A DNA stretch of 64,000 nucleotides, from NCBI RefSeq assembly GCF_006345805.1, contig NC_043004.1, forward strand, positions 79,608,001-79,672,000. The letters are read 5' to 3'. This document shows, piece after piece, positions 40,204 to 52,498 of this stretch; within the stretch, counting starts at the first letter, position 1; each line of letters opens with the position of its first letter. The position numbers and the translations under genes were made by a program. Under the pieces are notes generated by a model that did not search any database, was not told the origin of the DNA, and saw only the letters and a program-made list of their open reading frames with translations. This DNA comes from Octopus sinensis (lineage: Eukaryota).

Positions 40204-41814
40204 CAGTTGCGGCCAAAATGTTCAGAACGGCATTGTTTTTGTCAGAAAAGTAGGTATAAGTTTTTATTAAAGTTGTTTTATATTCTATAATTTTCACAAA
40301 CAATAAATACGATATTAATTGGTATTGTCTGAGATTTTGGTGTAATTTGAGTGGATAATACAAAAGTTATGGATGATATAGTGATTTACTGCAAAACCCA
40401 TGGTGGCCAAAATGATCAGAACGGTTGAAAAAATAACAAAATAATCAAATAGTGACAGAGAATGCTGGAATTATTTCATATTTAGTGTGAAGCCCTTTAG
40501 CTTTAATCAAAGTTTGACATTTTCGACTGCATGGGGTAATTAAATTTTCAATTTCTTGCTGGGTGATCTTATTCCATTCTTCCTGATGGGCATTCCATAA
40601 TTGCTCGGTTGTTTTAGGATTTCTAGCTTTCAAACGTTCTCCTAGAATATTCCACGCATTTTCAATAGGATTGAGGTCTGGGCTTTGAGCAGGCCAATCC
40701 ATAACAATAACCTTTTCAGCCTTGAGGAAGTTCATAACCACCTTAGCCTTGTGACATGGGGCATTGTCCTGCATGAATATGGGTGGTCGCTTAGTTGAAT
40801 TTCTCAGCACAGGCAAGACATGATCTTTGACAAGTTGTTTATAAACTCCTGCATTTACCTTTCCATGCAATCGCAGCAAAGGGCCCACAACATCTCCAGA
40901 TATCATCTCCCAAACCATGACACTTCTTCCACCGAATTTAACACTAGTCTTAAGGCATTTAGGCGACAATTTTTCACCTGCTTTTCCCATCTGAGCCAAA
41001 TAACATAGACTTAGATTCATCACTGAAATGCACTATTTGTCATTTTTCTTGAGACCACAACACATGTTAGGTTGCAAAGGTAAGACGACTCTTTTTATTC
41101 TTGGAGCTGATCAGTGGCTTCACTGCAGGTGCTCTTGCTTGTAGGTTATGTTCAACTTAAGGACGAGACAGTTTTTCGAGATAAAGTTTTCTTCAGTACA
41201 ATGCTCATTTCCCGAGAAACAGCAGCAGCAGTTTTAAATCTGTCCTTTTTAACCAAATTTACCATAGCACGATCTTCTCTCTTGGTCGTTTTTCTTGGCC
41301 TACCTGTAGACTTTCTTGCTTCCCACGAACCATAATCATCGTAGACCTTAAGAATACCGTGAACAACACTTTTTGACTTGTTAACAATCTTTGCAATAGA
41401 CCTAATACTTAAATTATCCTTCTTTCGAAGCTTAATAATCTGCTGACGAATTGGTAACGGAGTAAGTGGCATTATATTAACAAAGTACACTGCATATATT
41501 CTTAGGCGTGTTTAGTAAATGAACCGCCACGTAAACAAATTCAAAACATTAGAGTTCGCTGGTTAAATATACTAAAACATGGAGTAAAAGCAACCTTTCT
41601 GATCATTTTGGCCGCCATGGGTTTTGCAGTAAATCACTAAATCATCCATAACTTTTGTATTATCCTCTCAAATTACACCAAAATCTCAGACAATAACAAA
41701 TAATATCGTATTTATTGTCTATGAAAATTATAGAATATAAAACAACTTTGATAAAAACGTATACCTACTTTTCTGACGAAAACAATGCCGTTCTGAAAAT
41801 TTTGGCCGCAACTG
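40204..41814 (-). mobile_element. Full-length Tc1-family DNA transposon with long IR/DR-type TIRs
   Basis: ~215-bp TIRs starting CAGTTGCGGCCAAAAT; TA TSD at 40202-40203 and 41815-41816; each TIR carries an inner and outer GGCCAAAAT..TCAGAA repeat. Confidence 0.95.
40445..41472 (-). pseudogene. Tc1 DD34E transposase, inactivated
   Basis: HTH region with GRPR motif, then FSDES / FMQDNAPCH / WPAQSPDLNPIEN with 34 residues between D and E. Stops and frameshifts at ~41000-41160. Confidence 0.92.
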
Positions 41815-41825
41815 TATACATGAGG

Positions 41826-41938
41826 CCGGTTACTGATGAGAATTCGCCTGGTGGATAATATTGTTTTGTTAAATTACCTATTAAAGGATGGTAAATAATC
41901 TTATTTGCTAAAGAAATTCGAAACCATGGTATAACCGG
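41826..41938 (+). ncRNA. Canonical type I hammerhead ribozyme
   Basis: Stem I CCGGUUA/UAACCGG (7 bp), core CUGAUGA 41833-41839, stem II GAAUU/AAUUC, GAAA 41920-41923, stem III palindrome ACCAUGGU, GUA triplet, predicted cut after A41931. Confidence 0.85.
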
Positions 41939-42102
41939 TAATAAATAACAAGGTAAAAGTTTTTATTTTTCATTTACTTCGAAAATTGCAATTAAATCGT
42001 GGTTTTGGCCGTGTTGGCTGCTATTTCTAGCATGTAAAAATTACCAGCTAAAGGGTAGTTTTCTTTTGTGTTTAAATGTACACTATTTTATATATATGTA
42101 TG

Positions 42103-42146
<44 letters not shown>

Positions 42147-42163
42147 GTGTATAATATATATAT

Positions 42164-43620
42164 ATCCATCTGCGACGATACTTCCGTCGTACTGCTATCC
42201 TGTCTTTTCTCTCCCGCCTTGCAAGGCTTCTGGTTGACAAAATTTCCCTCTCTGTCTTCCACGATAATCCAGCGTTACAATACTTTTTTCGTCTGGCGTT
42301 AACAGCCTTCTTATCTTGTTCTCCTTGTCTTGTCTCTCACTGTTATATATTTATTTTTCCACTGTTTATATATATTTTTTACTGTTTATATGTTTGTACT
42401 GTCGTTACCGTCTTGCCTTTTTTTTTACCCCTCTGCGAAAAGATCTCAGAATTTTAATTGATTTGCTTTTCGCGGGAAGGAATTTTTCTTCGAAGTATAC
42501 GTCTCGCTTTTATCCTTCGAAACGTTTAGTAGATGAAATCTTAGCGACTGAAGAAGGGGGTTTTTTCGTTGTGCTTATTGTCCTGTATCTCTCCCTTTTT
42601 TTTGCTTGTCTTGTTCCTTGGTTTGTGTCTATGTGTTTCGTCTCTCTATGTGTTCGACGTCTTTTTGGTGTCCTGTACACATATATGCGTGTATATGTAC
42701 ATGTAGAGGTAGGTACGTACATATATGTTTATATATATGCATATATTCTATTTTATTAACATATTATACGATTAAACGCACGCACCCTACTAAGTAAGAT
42801 TGTTCTGTTTATCAAGTTAGCCTTGATATTAACTCTCACGCGACTCTGCATCTTTCTTTCTTTCTCTCCCATTCCCTTTTCGTCTTTTTTTCCTCACTTA
42901 ACTTGTCTCTTCCTCTCTCTCTCATTCTTCATTCTCTCTCTCCCTTTCACCATTCTTCATGGTCTCCTCACACCACATTCCCCTTCTTCTCTCTCTTCCT
43001 CTTGCTCCTCCTCCCCCATTCCCGTCATCCATCTGCGACGATACTTCCGTCGTAACTGCTATCCTGTCTTTTCTCTCCCGCCTTGCAAGGCTTCTGGTTG
43101 ACAAAATTTCCCTCTCTGTCTTCCACGATAATCCAGCGTTTACAATACTTTTTTCGTCTGGCGTTAACAGCCCTTCTTATCTTGTTCTCCTTGTCTTGTC
43201 TCTCACTGTTATATATTTATTTTTCCACTGTTTATATATATATTTTTTACTGTGTTATGTTTGTACTGTCGTTACCGTCTTGCTTTTTTTTACCCCTCTG
43301 CGAAAAGATCTCAGAATTTTAATTGATTTGCTTTTCGCGGGAAGGAATTTTTCTTCGAAGTATACGTCTCGCTTTTATCCTTCGAAACGTTTAGTAGATG
43401 AAATCTTAGCGACTGAAGGGGGGGTTTTTTCGTTGTGCTTATTGTCCTGTATCTCTCCCTTTTTTTTGCTTGTCTTGTTCCTTGGTTTGTGTCTATGTGT
43501 TTCGTCTCTCTATGTGTTCGACGTCTTTTTGGTGTCCTGTACACATATATGCGTGTATATGTACATGTAGAGGTAGGTACGTACATATATGTTTTATATA
43601 TGCATATATTCTATTTTATT

Positions 43621-43630
<10 letters not shown>
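42164..43630. mobile_element. Two ~600-bp direct repeats (42164-~42768, 43027-~43630) around a pyrimidine-rich spacer; probably Penelope-like
   Basis: The repeats are near-identical, the unit is bounded by (TA)n, and it is related to 32431-32700. Class assignment is inference. Confidence 0.6.
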
Positions 43631-43693
<63 letters not shown>

Positions 43694-43696
43694 GAA

Positions 43697-43843
43697 AAAC
43701 AACTACAGTTCTATATTTAAGAGATGAGGAATTATGTACATTATTTACATTTGACGGATATTTGTCCTCATCTTCTTTGTTGTTAGCACAACGTTTCGGC
43801 TGATATAGCCTTCATCAGGTGTCTTGGGGAAATTTCGAACCTG
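43697..43843 (-). mobile_element. HHR-bearing Penelope-type 3' tail fragment ending at (TA)n
   Basis: Minus strand CAGGTTCGAAATTTCCCCAAGACAC-CTGATGA-AGGCTATATCAGCC-GAAACGTT-GTG...AAATATAGAACTG. Confidence 0.65.
43787..43821 (-). ncRNA. Minimal type I hammerhead ribozyme motif
   Basis: CAC-CUGAUGA-A-GGCU-auauc-AGCC-GAAACGUU-GUG; intact core, 4-bp stem II, 3-bp stem I in this copy. Confidence 0.65.
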
Positions 43844-43844
43844 A

Positions 43845-44517
43845 TTTTATAGTTTTAAATTTTAAAGGGCCTAAAAAAGGCTGATTTCATAGTTTTGGAC
43901 CCTTTTTTTTTTAGGTTTTTAAAGGCTTTTAGAGCCCGAAAAGTATTTTTAAAAAGCTGAAATGAGACACAATATTAATATTAAACTAAAAAACGTTTAT
44001 TGATAAATTAGCCATAAAAAATAAAAATAATAAAATGAAAATCACGATATATATATATATGCATAATTTGATTTTTCCTCATCCTCTCTATTTTGTTGAT
44101 GACATTCATGTTGCCCTTCATGAAAATTAACATACAAATATTTTCATCAGACAAGGACGATCTCTTGGCACTCTTGGCATGTCCTTGCCCATGGGAAATA
44201 AACGTTCAGCTGAAGCACTGGAAGAGATGGCTGTGTTGAGCTTGATGAACAAGTCCACCAACAATTGCTCACTCGAGAAGAATGAAAGACGCGTACAATA
44301 TTGAATATGCTAAGACAATCTGAAAACAATTAAAAACTTTTAAACGTTTACCGGTTTTTATGAAATTTTGTGGTTAACGGACTTGAGTTAACGGAAGATA
44401 ATTGTAATAGATGCTAATTAGCTCGATAATGATTTCCAAAGTTAACTTACAAGTTAAATCGTTAACGAAAATGTTAACGTCGTTAATTAACGATTAACGG
44501 ACTTTCGCCCAGCTCTG
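43845..44517 (-). mobile_element. hAT transposon remnant with C-terminal dimerisation-domain fragment
   Basis: Minus strand LFIKLNTAISSSASAERLF...AKRSSLSDENICMLIFMKGN (~44100-44252); terminus CAGAGCTGGGCGAAAG at 44517. Confidence 0.7.
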
Positions 44518-44520
44518 TGT

Positions 44521-44552
<32 letters not shown>

Positions 44553-44584
44553 GTCTGTGCGTGTGTATGTGTGTGTGTGTACGA

Positions 44585-44890
44585 AGGCACTAGGCTTAGT
44601 GGTTAGTGCATTCGGCTCATGATCGTAAGGTCATGAGTTCAATTCTCGGCAACGCGTTGTGTCCTTGAGCAAGACACTTCATTTCACGTTACTCCAGTCC
44701 ACTCAGCTGGCAAAAATGTGTTGTACCTGTATTTCAAAGGGCCAGCCTTGTCACACTGAATCTCCCTGAGAAGTATGTTAAAGGTACATGTATCTGTGGA
44801 GTGTTCAGCCACTTGCAGGTTAATTTCACGAGCAAGCTGTTCCGTTGATCGTATCAGCTGTGACCCTCGTCGTCGCAACAGATGGAGTGG
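44585..44890 (+). mobile_element. SINE family C variant
   Basis: tRNA-like head; tail matches the 39064 copy. Confidence 0.8.
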
Positions 44891-44893
44891 TCC

Positions 44894-44941
<48 letters not shown>

Positions 44942-45879
44942 ATAGATAGATATCTCTCTGTGTGTCTTTGTGTCTGGTCAGCTGTCAAAAATGAGTTGAA
45001 CTTGTAATTCAAAGGCTTCCCGCACACCTCCACTTGGCAACCGGTGTTGGCATGTTTACGTTCCCGTAACTTAACAGTTCAGCGAAAGACACCGACAGAA
45101 TAAGTACCAGGTTTTAAAAAATAAGTACTGGAATCAATTCATTCCACCAAAAAAAAAAAAAAAAAAATCCTTCAGGGTGGTGCCCCGATCATGGCCGCAG
45201 TCTAATGGTTGAAATCAAGCAAAAGAATAAATCATAAAAGACGAAGTTCCGAAGGAGAATACATAACTCATAAGAATCTTATAATGACTAAAACAGATGA
45301 AGAAGTTTTTTTTGTTTTTTTTTTTGTCTCAACAGGGATTAGATCCTAATTATTAAAAACGATTTCTCTGATCTCCTCAAACGGACGTTTTATGTAAATA
45401 AACAAAATGGCGAACCCGTCGAGACAAAAGTCGTGTCTATTTTTGATGCTACATTCCATAATTACCCCCCTGGGGAGAATGTGTCTGTCTGCTCAAGAAG
45501 CTCGCTTCGCAACTTTTGCAGTTTCAAGTTCAGTCCCATTGCGTGGAACCTTGCGGGGAGAAAAGGTCTCTTCAGCTGGATTCCGGGCCGACCGATCAGC
45601 GAATTTGGCAGATGGAACCCCCCCCCCACACAATCATACATACACATACAGACAGACATACACACCATACACACATACATATATACACACATATACACAC
45701 ACATTCACACACATACACAATCATACACACATACATACAGACATACACACACATGCATATACACACACAATCAACATACGCATACATACAGACATATACA
45801 CATACATATACACACATATACATACACGCGCTCGCGCATATATACACGTATACATGTATGTTAATTCTCTTTCTCTTTT

Positions 45880-46277
45880 TCTCTTTTTACTTGTTTCAGT
45901 CATTTTGACTGCGGCCATGCTGGTGCACCGCCTTTAATCGAGCAACTCGACCCCGGGACTTATTCTTTGTAAGCCTAGTACTTATTCTATCGGTCTCCTT
46001 TTGCCGAACCGCTAAGTGCCGGGGGCATAAACACACCAGCATCAGTTGTCAAGCAATGCTAGGGGGACAAACACAGACACACAAACATACACGCACATAC
46101 ACATATATACACATATACGACGGGCTTCTTTCAGTTTCCGTCTACCAAATCCACTCACAAGGCTTTGGTCGGCTCGAGGCTATAGTAGAAGATACCTGCC
46201 CAAGGTGCCACGCATTGGGACTGAACCCGGAACCATGTGGTTGGTAAACAAGCTACTCACCACACAGCCACTCCTGC
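45880..46277 (-). mobile_element. SINE family A, full length
   Basis: Reverse complement of the 8280 copy, including head and tail. Confidence 0.85.
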
Positions 46278-46349
46278 GCCTATGTTCAGTTTTATCTCAA
46301 GATTTCTTGTCAATAGAGAAAGAGCCGGTTTCTAACCTAGTTCCAAGAC

Positions 46350-46848
46350 TGTAGTAAAAACGACCGTACGTAAAGGAGTGGATGTCAGAAATGTTTCCTT
46401 TTAAACGCCGTACGGTCGCCTACTAAGAAGAATAAGCCAAAATACATGGTATAAAAGAATAAGTGCCGAGAGGAATAAGGAGAACAACACAACCGTTCTA
46501 CTGTTTGAGAGAAGAAAGACTTTATTTCACAGAAGTGTACAATAGGATAAAGTATGGTTGCTAGCAAATTGGAGTGTCTGAGTGCGTGCGACAAGTGTGT
46601 CTGTGTGTCCGTTGTAGGTATAGTGCGTGTAACAAGTGTTTGTGTCTGTGTGTCCGTGTGTGCGTTACAAGAGTGAACATAAATACAAACCAGGTGTGCG
46701 CAGGTAAGACAAAATACAGAGCATAGAAAAGAGTCTCTCAGGAAATTTCAGACAAGATGGAGTTAATTTACCAGTTCTTAGTAAGGTTACACAATAGTTG
46801 TAGTCCTGTACAAGTTGTTGAGGTCACGAGGCAGCACCGCTTACTACA
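46350..46848 (-). mobile_element. Partial solo LTR related to 22830-23944
   Basis: Starts TGTAGTAAAAACGACCG; shares CGGTCGCC...AGCCAAAATA...GGAATAAGGAGAA...ACACAACCG with the 22830 LTR; truncated by a SINE. Confidence 0.65.
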
Positions 46849-47000
46849 CGTGCAGTTTCTGTCTACCAAATCCACTCACATGGCTTTGGTCGGCCCAGGG
46901 ATATAGAGGAAGACACTTGCCCAAGGTCCCAGGTAGTGGGACTGAACCTGGAACCATGAGGCTGGGAAGCAAGCTTCTCACCACACAGTCACGCCGGCTC

Positions 47001-47086
<86 letters not shown>

Positions 47087-47104
47087 GTCTATCTATCTAT
47101 CTGT

Positions 47105-47200
<96 letters not shown>

Positions 47201-47442
47201 TTGTATCTGTGTTTGGCATCCACCATTTGATAACAGGTTTTGGTTTGCTCATGTCTCCGTAACCTAGCAGTTCGGCAAAAAAAAACGATAGAATAAATAT
47301 CAAACTCCATGTAAGTACCGGGATTGGTTTTTTCGACTAAAACCCTCGAATGCTTGTGCCCAGCATGGCCGCAGTCCAATGACTGAAGCAAGTCAAGTAT
47401 GAACGATGTAAAAGATACCGACAAAAACGTTTTTAAAATATA

Positions 47443-47814
47443 CTAGCACTATGACCCGGCAACACCGGGTCATAGTGCTAGTGCATGCATATACAGCTGC
47501 GTGCGTGCGCACATAGATGCGAGTACTGTCCAAATCTCCGACCAATCACATACGGCTAGCTGGCATTCAATTGGCGTATCAGGTTTCGGACATTTTGATA
47601 GGGTTTTGGATAGAAAATTCACAAAAAAGTCACTTCTATTGATTTTTTAATGGCTTTGCGGGGTGACTGGGGAAATGTAAAGATGTGCACGACCACCCTT
47701 GGACGCTTTTGAATGACCATAGAAAGTGCGAGCCCTCTAACTGAAAAATTGTGGATTTGTATAAAGGACACGCACACACACAGACAGACATTTTGCCGTT
47801 TATATATAGAGAGA
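47443..47814 (-). mobile_element. Short non-autonomous Helitron-like element
   Basis: 5' A|TCTCTCTATATATAAACGGCAAAATGTCTGTCTG; 3' end is a perfect 18-bp hairpin ending in CTAG|T. Confidence 0.75.
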
Positions 47815-50289
47815 TAAAGATTTTTAAAAAATATTTGTAGGACGGGAAAGGAAAGAAAACTGAACGGAAGGAACTTAATTATTACAGATACCAACGAAAC
47901 ACATCACCGGAGCATAGAGCGTAAGAGCATAGCCTTAAGTAAGAGACGACAAAGAGATACCCTTAATGTACCTTAATTTATTATAATCCAGCTGTAATTC
48001 AATACATCCTGTTTGAAAGAGAAGTCTTACAGAGAAGATGCATCCCTCAACTGATAGCATACGATAGTATATGAATTAGTTTCGTCTGCTGTCGATCATT
48101 TATCTTTTTTACTAATTAAACTGCGTTCCTGTTATTCTTTTTACTTTTCGTTTTTGTTTTTTTTTGTGTGGAGTTCTTTATAAATTCTGTTTTATTCACA
48201 TGTTTGGTGCAGTTTAAACAGACTTCTACGGCATGCAAGATTCTAGGCCAATCGCCCATATGGGAAGCCCTGTGGGAACCACGTTCTGTAATTCTATCTT
48301 AAGTACGGCGAAAGTGTGTGTGTGTGTGTGTGTGTGTGTGCGGTGTGTATGAGTACGTGTGTGAGTATGGATACATGTGTACATGTGTGTGTATGTATGA
48401 ATGTGTGTTCATGTGTGTGTGTACGTATGTGTGTGGGGGAGGTGGTGTACGTATGTCCGTGTTTGTACATCTGCATGTACGTGGTGTATGTGTGTATATG
48501 TGTATGTGTGTATATGTGTATGTGTATATGTGTACTTGTGAGTGTGTATGTGCGTGTTATATATACATGAGGTAACTGTGGCCTTAATATCTACGTTATC
48601 AGTTTTATATTTAGCAATCTGTAAGTAACCTCACCTGCCCCTAAGAATCTGGTTAACTGCTTGTTTCTCCTTTCTAACCATTTTACGTATCGTAGGCATC
48701 CGTAGCGTGGGGATTCGTCACCAGCTTCTGAAACATGAAGCGGATGATTAATATTTACATTCATAATACAGTGGAAATAACTGATCTATGGAAGTTATTC
48801 CTATGAGAGGAGTTCGAGTCGGTACAACGTGCTAAGAAATCGTTTATCAGTTCCACCCACAGATATCAAGGCTGTAAACAGTGAATGATATCCCCTTGGG
48901 GTACCAATGAGCCAGTAAGGAAGGGGGGAACCTATGGAGTCGCTCGAATTGCTAGAATAGCAACCAAATATCGCCCAAGTAAATATCTAGACGTAGTAGT
49001 GTATCTGGGACGATCCGGCCTTGTTGACGCTTTCATGCAGGCGGCACTTTTGGGTGTGCTGTATAAGCCTGTATAGGAGACAGGTAGGGTTGCGGCAAAG
49101 TGAAGGGCCACCCCAGGAGGTACATCTTCCATCTGCGTCACACTCATCCTTCTTCGGAAAAAAAAATACAAAGAAAAATAAACGAATAAATGTATTGAAT
49201 AATGTAGATTTAGATATACTATTCCTGAAAACAATATGGGGTGGTCGTGGTTCGACTACCTTTAATCATAGGTCTGTATAGGACTAGACTAGTGTTAAAT
49301 AATAGCCGCAGTACAGGACCTTTGATGTGGTCTCTACCTGACTGCTTCATCTGCTGAAAATAACAGAGAAATTAACCTCAAACCACACCTGGCTGTCTTA
49401 AGGAAAGATAATGTAGTCCGTGTTTATTTATAATTGAAAAAAAACAAGATGGTCATACCTGGAATGACTTCAATAACGGGCCTGTTACTCTCTTTGCTGA
49501 TTTGGAACTAAAGAATAACACCAACAACAATGACGACCTTCTTGGTGAAAGATGGCAGAAATCGTTGACCGTTGGGTGTTTTGACCGCGGACGAAATACA
49601 AAACCGACAGGATACGAACATTCAAACTCTGGGTTGATTTTTTCGGTGCCCACGTCCACCTTGTCAATTCGGACATCAATGCACTTATTCAGAAAGTAAA
49701 TTACGAGTAAAGGCATACGAAAACGACAGCAAGAACAGGCAAGAAAACGAAAAAAAAGAAATGTAGAGGTTCAAACAATAACGTAGCTAGAGTGTGTGCC
49801 GCCCCGGCTGACCCCTCCGTTTGCCATCCCCGGACCGCACAATAAGCACATTGCCTACAGCAGACCCAAAAGTACAGCCTCTTTAAAAGTGCTGCCTGGG
49901 GTGGACCACCCCTATCGCCACCCCAGATCGTAACGGCAGACGAAATACGGCTACGCATTTCGCCCAGCGTGCTAACGTTTCTGCCAGCTCGCCGCCTTGA
50001 ACAGAGCGAGTCATGACAGGACGGGATGTGGGTGACTTGATAGAGATTGATTTAATAGATGGTCGGAATAATTTTAGGAGTTAGAAAGGGTATCATATGA
50101 TGTGGGTGAGGGGTGGGTGGGGAGAAAGGGATGATGTTGAGTACACATGTGTGGGCGGTTTTTCAGTGTTTCGGGAATGAGGAAAGAAAGCCAGTCGGTT
50201 ATGATATCCCTCAGAGCAGCTGTAACCAAGCGGAAAATTAATTGCTCTTCTCGACAAAGCACCCTATAGATGCTAGAATACATGGAATA

Positions 50290-50690
50290 GGCGAGCTGGC
50301 AGAAACGTTAGCAGGCCGGGCGAAATGCGTAGCCGTATTTCGTCTGCCGTTACGTTCTGAGTTCAAATTTCGCCGAGGTCGACTTTGCCTTTCATCCTTT
50401 CGGGGTCGATAAATTAAGTACCAGTTACGCACTGGGATCGATGTAATCGACTTAATCCGTTTGTCTGTCCTTGTTTGTCTCCTCTGTGTTTAGCCCCTTG
50501 TGGGTAGTAAAGAAATAGGTATTTCGTCTGCTGCTACGTTCTGAGTTCAAATCCGTCGAGATCGACTTTGCCTTTCATCCTTTCGGAGTGGATTAAATAA
50601 GTATCAGTTACGCACTGGGGTCGATATAATCGACTTAATCCGTCTGTCTGTCCTTGTTTGTCCCCCCTTGTGGTTAGTAAGGAAATAAGA
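50290..50690 (+). mobile_element. SINE family B dimer
   Basis: Head plus two tandem cores, with junction AAAGAAATAGGTATTTCGTCTG. Confidence 0.85.
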
Positions 50691-50961
50691 ATACACAGAA
50701 TAGTCTTAAGCCGAGCAAAGGTAATCAGTGTTTGGGGCACTAGATCTATAGATCCGGATCTATGGATAACACCTTATTGTTCAAAGTTATCCTACAACAA
50801 CAACAACAAAAACATTGGAAAGTCTTCATAAAGCCAGATTAACTTCTTGTTCAGGTCAATGATTTTATTCGCGTTTAGTAAGCTGTGTATACTGCAATAT
50901 TCATATTAAATTCTGCAGGGCACACACACACACACACACACACACACATTATATTTCTTTC

Positions 50962-51168
50962 TAAACACAGAGGGGACAAACAAGGACAGACAAACGGATT
51001 AAGTTGATTACATCGACCCCAGTGCGTAATTGGTACTTAATTTATCGACCCCGAAAGGATGCAAAGCAAAGTCGACCTCGGTGGAATTTGAACTCAGAAC
51101 GTAACGGCAGACGAAATACGGCTACGCATTTCGCCCGGCATGCTAACGGTTCTGCCAGCTCGCCGCCT
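50962..51168 (-). mobile_element. SINE family B
   Basis: Reverse complement of the 50290 copy; another minus-strand head lies at 49928-49998. Confidence 0.85.
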
Positions 51169-52295
51169 TCGAAGTATACATTATATTGTCATAAACGAAA
51201 ACATATCTATAATTATTTTCTGGAGGATGCAATAACCGTACCGTGTCCTGAAAATTCGCCGTAAGCATTTTTCCTGTAAAGGAGGAACACATGTAGACTG
51301 TGCACTAGAAAACTCATTATAAAGAAATTACCTTTCTCTAATTGGTAGGTTAACTGAGCAAGTTGCTATTTTAAGAAAACAGCCATTTCGTTTTTGTTTG
51401 AAATTTGTTATTTTTTTTTTACGGTTAATTTTCTTACGGCAAAAATGTTTCTGACGGAATTTCCCATAACTCAAGCATACATCCTAAATATTCCTTTGTT
51501 AGAAAATAATTTTGTTGGTCAGAGTTTTGTAACCATCCAGTTCTCAATTTACGAGTTCAGATAAAACTAAAGAACGATGAGAGAAAGTAAATAAAAAATA
51601 GTGTTAAAAGAATAGCTTATCGTACGCTCCACCTTCTGATAATTCGACACCGAGTTCCGCGAAAGAAATGAAAAGCAACAGTGACAAAGACATCATATTT
51701 CAGTTGGTAAGAACTAAACTATAAAGGATTGATAACATAGATATTATATTTCAGTCAGCAAGAATTAAGCTAAACTAAAGGTACCCTTCTAAATGATATG
51801 CCGAAAAGATATTCTCCTAAAATGTCATTCTATGATATTTACTATTATTTTATCTTTGGGGATGTTTTGAGTATTTAGCACAAATAAAAACGAAATGATA
51901 TGAGATATATTTCACGAAACTGCACAGGGACAGTATAGTAAGGTATGTGTGTGTTTTTAATATTTTAGATATTTTTTGTTGGCCATAGGGCGTAGTCTCA
52001 TTCCCTACTCTTATAACTTAGCCCCGAAACAAACTATTCAAACCCCACCCCATCCGTTTTGCTTAAAATGAAGTCGAAAGCTTTTTAAATATCTTCTGCA
52101 ATTTATTAGCCCTAGGGTGTGGTCTTCTCTCATAACTACCACTGAAACGAACAACGATTTTTAGCTTAAGTGTTTTCTTTTTCTTTGTAAACATCTTGCA
52201 TCAGTATTTCTTACCCATCTCACGGCCCACTTTGGTTTTCAAAACGAAAGCAAAACCAGCAGCCTATCATGGACGGACAAAGTTAGCAAATAGAT

Positions 52296-52498
52296 CAACG
52301 GTTCTCAACCGCGACTCCCAGGGCCACATGCGGCCCTCAATCATCCATCCACTGACCAGCACCCCACCGAGTCTTCCATCTTGAAATATAACAAATTTTT
52401 TCTTTAATTGACTTATGTTTTACATTTTTTGGATGCGGCCCCTAAAAAAATCCAGTTTTTTAATCTGTTCCCGATATTAAAAAGATTGAGAACCACTG
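52296..52498. mobile_element. hAT-type MITE
   Basis: Termini CAACGGTTCTCAACC / GATTGAGAACCACTG; flanks AAATAGAT / AAATAATA resemble a decayed 8-bp TSD. Confidence 0.55.

Noticed and set aside
42510-42562. Circularly permuted (type II) HHR-like string GAAACGTT...CTGAAGA-AGGGGG
   Set aside because: Stem I does not pair, and the second repeat copy lacks part of the core.
49453-49716. Several overlapping open frames in unique DNA (for example DGHTWNDFNNGPVTLFADLELKNN...)
   Set aside because: No recognisable domain, a weak acceptor, and frames open on both strands; not enough to call an exon.
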